The position numbers and the translations under genes were made by a program. From the NCBI RefSeq assembly GCF_009914755.1, contig NC_060936.1: a stretch of 64,000 nt of DNA, one strand, 5' to 3'. The DNA is from the human T2T-CHM13v2.0 reference genome, Homo sapiens. How positions within the stretch are numbered: position 1 is the stretch's first letter; every line of letters starts with the position of its first letter. Positions 57,501 through 64,000 of the stretch are shown here, piece after piece. The notes under the pieces were generated by a model that saw nothing but the letters and a program-made list of their open reading frames with translations, had not been told where the DNA came from and ran no database searches.

Positions 57501-57997
57501 GAGTACCATAAGCTCTGGGAATTTCCAGTAATGTTTAATCACTTCAGTGCTTTTGAATGCTGTAATCTAGAGTTTACAGCAGTCCATAAAGAATAGGATT
57601 GCAGGATCTTACCATCAGAAGCGGGCTTAGAGATTTTACGTTCAAGATGCAGAGGTTCAGCAATATTATGACTACCCAGCACTGCCTAGAAAGCTGGTAA
57701 TGAATAGCAGCTAGCCTTGTTGCCATAAAATTATTCGCCCCAAAATAAGAAGTGAGATTTTATAAATAGTTAGATAGGACCTTGTACATTTCTTTCTTGC
57801 CCTGAAAATTACGCTAATCTCCATTACCAATGGACTCCAAGAGTCTGAGATTTCTATACACAATGTTTTCATTGGTTGAGCAATGGATGCTTAATGAAAT
57901 TATTTTGACTCGTGATTTGACTCCCTATTTCCTTTGTGATTATAGATTTTATAATACGTGCAGTTCATTTATTAAATGCATGAAATTTATTTTACAG

Positions 57998-58034
57998 CTC
58001 TATGAAAAAGTTGCCCTGCTTCTGACGAATTTAG
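57998..58034 (+). CDS. ANO4: ANO4 exon I (37 nt), LYEKVALLLTNL(E)
   Basis: tttacag acceptor, AG|gtgagt donor; bridges the phases of exons H and J. Confidence 0.94.
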
Positions 58035-58426
58035 GTGAGTGGAATCCTTTCTATTTCATAGAACTGTACTGTGGGCTAGAGAGTATGGTTCAAAGATTCC
58101 TTTCTCTAATACTGCTGGAAAGAAATAGTCCCTTTATTTTAAAATTCATACAACAAGTTTTTTCTTTGCCTTCAACAGAATAATTTAAATATGTCTAGTA
58201 ATTTTTCTATATAAATCTTTAAAATCTGTCACAAACATTATCTGTCATGAGCTAATGTAATTTAAGGTAGATTTTCTCTTCATGCACAAAAAATAGCATT
58301 ACAAAAGTACATTTGTATAAAGTATCCAGTATAATTTAGGAAAGTGTTCATTTGCTATTGCCTATAATTTTTGTTTAATTAAAAATGTATCAAGTTTTTA
58401 TGGTATATAAACTCACAGCAAAGTTA

Positions 58427-58700
<274 letters not shown>

Positions 58701-60278
58701 AACAATCTGGTAACCAGTAATAACTTGTACATTTATCACATTTTCAAAATAAAGAAATTGTCCCAATTTTATTAACAAGGTATTGGTCATTGTGCTCCAT
58801 GCAGTTTGAGAAAATTACATGCTCCCGTCCACAACTTGCTTTAATGCATTCCATAAGAAGCTTGTCCAGAGGAGAAAAAACTCACAAAAGTGTTCCTATT
58901 TTTATTCATCATTCTGACAACAGATAGCATTTACTGAAACTTTCTATGAGCTGGATACAGAGCTAGGCACTTTACCTTATCTCTTTTAATGTCATTGAAA
59001 TCTTCCATCACCACCAGTTCTTGCCCAAAAAGATAGAAAGAGGTTTATGTCCATGGAAGAGGTAACTGCCCATTGGTAGACAATGTACCCTGTGGTAGCT
59101 TGATCCAGGCTAGCAGAAATGCCATTGGAGGTACAGTCCTGGTCCATCCACGGTGGGGACACCTGGGAACCTAGCTGGTGACCAGGAGACCTTTCCATGT
59201 AACCAGGAGTTCAGTAGCAGAAGTGAAACCCTTTAAGAAAACCCTTTAAGAATCCTGTGTCTTTTTGGCCCTCCGCAACAGTATGGCCTTGTCCTAAAAC
59301 TGACATTTTAAACCATTTTAAATCAGATTTACTTTCATTCTCCCTTCCCTTCTCAGACATGCTCCCTAAAAGCATTTTGAGTTATAATTTGTGGAAATGA
59401 ATTGATTAAATGAAGTATTAAATGAGAAATCAGACACTCAGGGAATGTGGAAGCAGACAAAACGCTACTGTATTAAATACATTTCATTAGACATTGCTTG
59501 CTCATAGAATGTAGCTCCTGTGAAAGGATAAATTCATTCGACATGAGATCTCTAGCTGGAGATTTGATCTTAAGGGCAAATGGATCCATGTTTTGGTTCA
59601 CACCATTATGTCCAGAGAACATTTGCTTTATGGAAGTTGAAATATATGGAGATGAGATTGGCCCCTGACTGAGGTCAGGAAATTATAAGACACAGATGGT
59701 GATATGAATTAAAAGCTCTAAAGATGATGCCACCTCCTTGATATTTGTCCATGAGAATGGAAAATGGGGGATAAGGGTAAAAGCAAATGAGTCAAATGCT
59801 CTTAGCATTCTATGATAGGCATTTGACTCCCTCTTAAGCAGTAGGTTGGTATAATATGAGAACTAGAAGTTGAGACCAAGGAACTCTTTGGAGCTGGGAG
59901 GAACTAAGCCTGCATAGATTAAGAGGAAAAGAAAAGGCTACTGCAGAGAGCCACGACTGGGAATGAGGCCTCGACAGCCTGGCTGTCTATGCTGCTGGCT
60001 CTCCAGGTATCCTGTAAGAGTGGAACAGTCTAGGTATTCAATTCTATCAGATTCTTCCATAGCCACTTCTCATGAGACCCTTGTTGGGTCTGGTCTGTGA
60101 GCTTGAGGATCCTATGAGTGGTCTGTTCCACCACACGCCATCCGTGGGTAAACTGGAGTCTCCTGCAGCCTCCTCAGGACTCCTGCGTCCCCACCCTGTG
60201 TGTGTGGGGAGGGAAAGAGAGGGAGTTGAGAGGGGATGAGATTCAGCCTTTCAAACTCTGCTCACCTTTTGTCCACAG

Positions 60279-60390
60279 AACAGCCTCGCACAGAGTCTGA
60301 GTGGGAGAACAGCTTCACCCTGAAAATGTTTCTTTTTCAGTTTGTCAATCTGAACAGCTCCACATTTTACATCGCATTCTTCCTCGGAAG
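60279..60390 (+). CDS. ANO4: ANO4 exon [37 protein letters not shown](R)
   Basis: ccacag acceptor, AAG|gtaaga donor; 112 nt; KMFLFQFVN and FYIAF motifs. Confidence 0.97.
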
Positions 60391-61393
60391 GTAAGAACCT
60401 GACCCCTGCACACCTCCCCAAGCTGAGGACAGAACACTTAGAAGGCACTGACTCGTGGGGACAGAGAAGCCCTCCCTTAGGGTGATTTATACAAAGTGTA
60501 AAAAGGGAAGAGCATCCTCCTCCCTTCTCTTCCCAAATCTCAAAACCACCTGGCATCCCAGGGAAATCATCTCCACTCAAAACTGTCTGTGCACCTTTTG
60601 TTGCTAAGATAAGCAGAGGAAAATAGTTTGTGCATGTGAGTGATGCATTGAAAACTTCTGGCCTCTGTCTGCACCTGAATCAGGCCCCTGGCTTTCCCAC
60701 CTATGACGGCAGGTGGTACAACGGGGAGGGGGCTGTAGCATGTCCTGGATTCCTGACTTCACTTAAAAGGGAAGGACATCCTGACAGGAAAGGGGGCAAA
60801 AATGGGATACAGAGGATGCTGGGTAACTTTTAAATCCAGCAGTTATGAGGATTTGGGAAAGATTCCCTGGGTAGTGGTAATGTCGCATGAATTCCCTTAC
60901 ATCTGGAGGCATTTCAGAGGAGATGGGAACCTGGGAAGGACCAGGTATAGGGTTTTGGTGAGATCAACACAGCAGTCTCTCCTTCATTTCTAGCTATTCC
61001 AGCAGCACAAAACTCTAGGCAAATAGTTCAATAATTTTTTTAACAGCATGACTATTACTCAGAAAAATCAAATGTGTTTAAATCCAGGAGTAAAACTTCT
61101 GCTTACACAGGTCAGAGCAATTGATATGCAGCAGAAAATGTTGAAAGTCCACAGCAAGCAGCAAGAACTGGCTTCTGCTTTAGGCAGCCTGACAGAAAGG
61201 CCAGAAGAGACATGTGCCCTGGAGAATTCCAGAAGCTATGGTTATGACAGATCTGGAGGGTTTCCTAATTCCCCCAGACCTACTACTTATAGTAGCAGTC
61301 ATTCACATTGGAGAATGTGCTAAACTAAATGTAATATTCACTGAAAGCTTGGACCTAGAGCACTAATGGCTTGTTTTTCTCTGTGTGTTGAAG

Positions 61394-61451
61394 ATTTACA
61401 GGACACCCAGGTGCCTACTTGAGGCTGATAAACAGGTGGAGACTAGAAGAG
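61394..61451 (+). CDS. ANO4: ANO4 exon K, FTGHPGAYLRLINRWRLEE
   Basis: gttgaag acceptor, GAG|gtctgt donor; 58 nt; GHPGxY and RLEE motifs. Confidence 0.93.
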
Positions 61452-61590
61452 GTCTGTATTCTCCCATCATTCCTTGTTTCCGACAGACTTGCATTAAACA
61501 GCCTTAGGGCAACTTTGTGTAGATTATAAACCAGACACCCTTTCTTCCTCTCCATTGATTCTGGAATTTCTGTGTTTGCTTACCTTGCAG

Positions 61591-61688
61591 TGCCACCCTA
61601 GTGGATGCCTTATTGATCTGTGTATGCAAATGGGTATTATAATGGTGCTAAAGCAGACCTGGAATAATTTCATGGAACTTGGCTACCC
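61591..61688 (+). CDS. ANO4: ANO4 exon [33 protein letters not shown](P)
   Basis: ttgcag acceptor, CC|gtaagt donor; 98 nt; TM6-region KQxWNNxxE motif; follows a 139-nt intron. Confidence 0.97.
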
Positions 61689-63320
61689 GTAAGTACCTTA
61701 GTATCAATAATTGAGAGGCAGCATTGCTCATTATTGGCTTTTCTAGGTGTGGCAAGTAAGATAAGCAATGCAGACTCAGCAGTTAAGCCAGTGCGTGCAC
61801 CTGGAACTAAGTGCTCACATTTAGACATCCAAAGGCAGCCATGAAAATCATAAACATTGGCTCTTCTGGGAGATTTAGCACAATTCACATGAACAAACGT
61901 GAATATTCTTTAAGGAGACTCTTTAGGCCCCTAAATATTGGATACTTGCTTGTGAGCCACTTTAAATACCTCTGACCTTTCGGGCTCCAGCATTGCAAGT
62001 CCTTAGCTATGTATGACACATTAACTACATCTCCACTCTCCCATCCTCATGGTAAGGCTGGTGATAAGATGTTGACAACAATGAGCAAAACCTTGCATCA
62101 ACTTGGTAAGGATGACCTTGAATTCTGCTGTGTTTGCTCAGTTATGGTCAGTTAAGTTTTAATGGGGACATAAATCAACAATGCTTCTATTCTGCTTTAA
62201 TTCCACACCTATTGGTTTCCATGTCAGCTCAATGTCTCTGTAGAGACAAAGAAAACTCAAGGTTTCAGGGAGGACCACTCAGCCAGAACGATTAGTGGGA
62301 ACTTGGTTCACTTCAGAAAATCTTTTCTTAGCTCTCTGTCAGAACCAAAGCCAGTAATTTTCTGTTCTTAGATTTATTTTTAGAAATCTTGTTCCAAGTA
62401 TTTGATGTTTTCTATAAAACTTCTAAAAAATAAAACATTAAACAAAAATTATCAGTGTTGTATTCTACTTTAAGATATAAATCACAATTAAAATGTCATA
62501 GACATCAAGAGAATTATATTTTATCTTCTGATAATAAGGACATAGAGCAAAATTGTAAAGTAGGCAGTTTGTCTTTGATGTTCATCCCTTTATTTGCTTC
62601 ATTTCCCATGTGTTTTGTTTTTTGGCCCTTCTACTCCTGGATATCCTTCAACTTTTTCCTTGTCCTGTACAGAACACAGACCTGCCTCCAATCTGTCATT
62701 TCCTCAATGCTTTCTCATATTACAAAATGCACTCCTGAACACTGCTAAGGGTTCCTGTGCTAACCTTACCAATGCCGGGTGCATTTTACTGGGAGTCAGA
62801 GTCCCTGTGGAGAGCTCATGCCAAAAGCAAACAAGTCCAGTTGTAGAACTGCAGGTGTTTGTGTGCCAAGAGAGGAAGCATTTTGTGGGTTTGCAGATCT
62901 TTAGGCCCCTGATGTCAGAGTATACAGCTCAGCACCCATGTAGCAAGACTGCTCAAGGGTCCTAAATCAAGCCACTTAAGCCAGATATTCCTCAAGATAT
63001 CTTGGTGTTGCCTTTGTACTGGGGTATCCATTTATAGATATTCTCAGTCCTCTATTCAACCCTCATAGGCAATGCCCAACATGAGACAGTTTCATGAATG
63101 ATTAAAACAAGTTCATCAATCATTCTGTTTACTTGCAAATATAAATACTTGAAGTATAGACTCCATTGTTATTTTCTTCCTAACCTGAGGCTTTATTTCT
63201 TTGATAGCCTGTCCTGAATTTTTTCAAACTATTGTTTCTGTATTCAAACTCTCCTTTTTCTTATTACCTAAGTCATATGATCAGTTACATTTTTTGTAAG
63301 AAATTGATCTTTTTGCCCAG

Positions 63321-63463
63321 GTTAATTCAGAATTGGTGGACTAGAAGAAAAGTACGACAAGAACATGGACCTGAAAGGAAAATAAGTTTCCCACAATGGG
63401 AAAAGGACTATAACCTTCAGCCGATGAATGCCTATGGACTCTTCGATGAATACTTAGAAATGA
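63321..63463 (+). CDS. ANO4: ANO4 exon M, LIQNWWTRRKVRQEHGPERKISFPQWEKDYNLQPMNAYGLFDEYLEM
   Basis: gcccag acceptor, A|gtatgg donor; 143 nt; QWExDY and LFxEYLEM Ca2+-site motif. Confidence 0.95.
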
Positions 63464-63669
63464 GTATGGAAATATTCTACTTTATCTTATTAATTATAAA
63501 TTTTAGATCTCCAGGTATATTCAACTAAACATATACCCGTTATCATCAAGGTCCTCAGTGCGTAGGGATTCCTAAGGCAAACAGAGAGGAAGGCATGTCC
63601 TGCTTAAACTGTGCTACACTTACATTTAAGGAATCAGATTTCTCTGGAATCAAACCGAAGCTATTTCTC

Positions 63670-63930
63670 TTAGCACGTATCTAAGACCATGGGCTTTGGA
63701 AGTAAATTATCTGGGTTCAAATCCCAGCCCTATCATTTATTAACGGTGAAACTTTGGGCAATTACTTAATCTCTCTTTGTCTCAGTTTCCTCATCTCTAA
63801 AGTGGGAATAATAATAAGAGGAACCATTTCATAAAGTCTTTGTGTGGATTAAATGAGTTAATGCATGAACATGACTTAGAGCAATGCCTAGCTCACTATG
63901 TACTTGGTACATGTTACTTATATCATTATT
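63670..63930 (+). mobile_element. MIR
   Basis: ctgggttcaaatcccagc...tctcagtttcctcatctctaaagtggg core. Confidence 0.8.
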
Positions 63931-64000
63931 ATTCTCTTATTCTTTTTGTCTTCTGGAGGGAAAGGCAAATAAAATATCTTAGATAAATTAAGTATGAATA

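Overview
Human (primate) genomic DNA, not microbial. The window holds 13 consecutive coding exons (1308 nt, one continuous reading frame, all GT-AG) from the middle of the anoctamin/TMEM16 gene ANO4 on the + strand. The rest is intron rich in L1, Alu, L2, MIR, MaLR/ERV LTRs and Tigger DNA transposons. The 31-kb intron (11781-42901) contains a nested insertion stack: a full-length antisense L1PA carrying a perfect AluYa5 and an open ORF0-like frame, and an L1MA interrupted by a full-length SNX5 retrocopy. That retrocopy is semi-processed: it keeps one complete GT-AG intron, is sense to ANO4 and brings a splice acceptor and a poly(A) signal. The other notable signal is at 44.2-44.8 kb, where two 33-34-nt segments are exact copies of sequence 1.3 and 2.6 kb downstream, embedded in duplications and inverted repeats. 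No new multi-gene system is supported. Repeat subfamily names and the SNX5 and ORF0 protein comparisons come from remembered consensus sequences and need RepeatMasker/BLAST confirmation.
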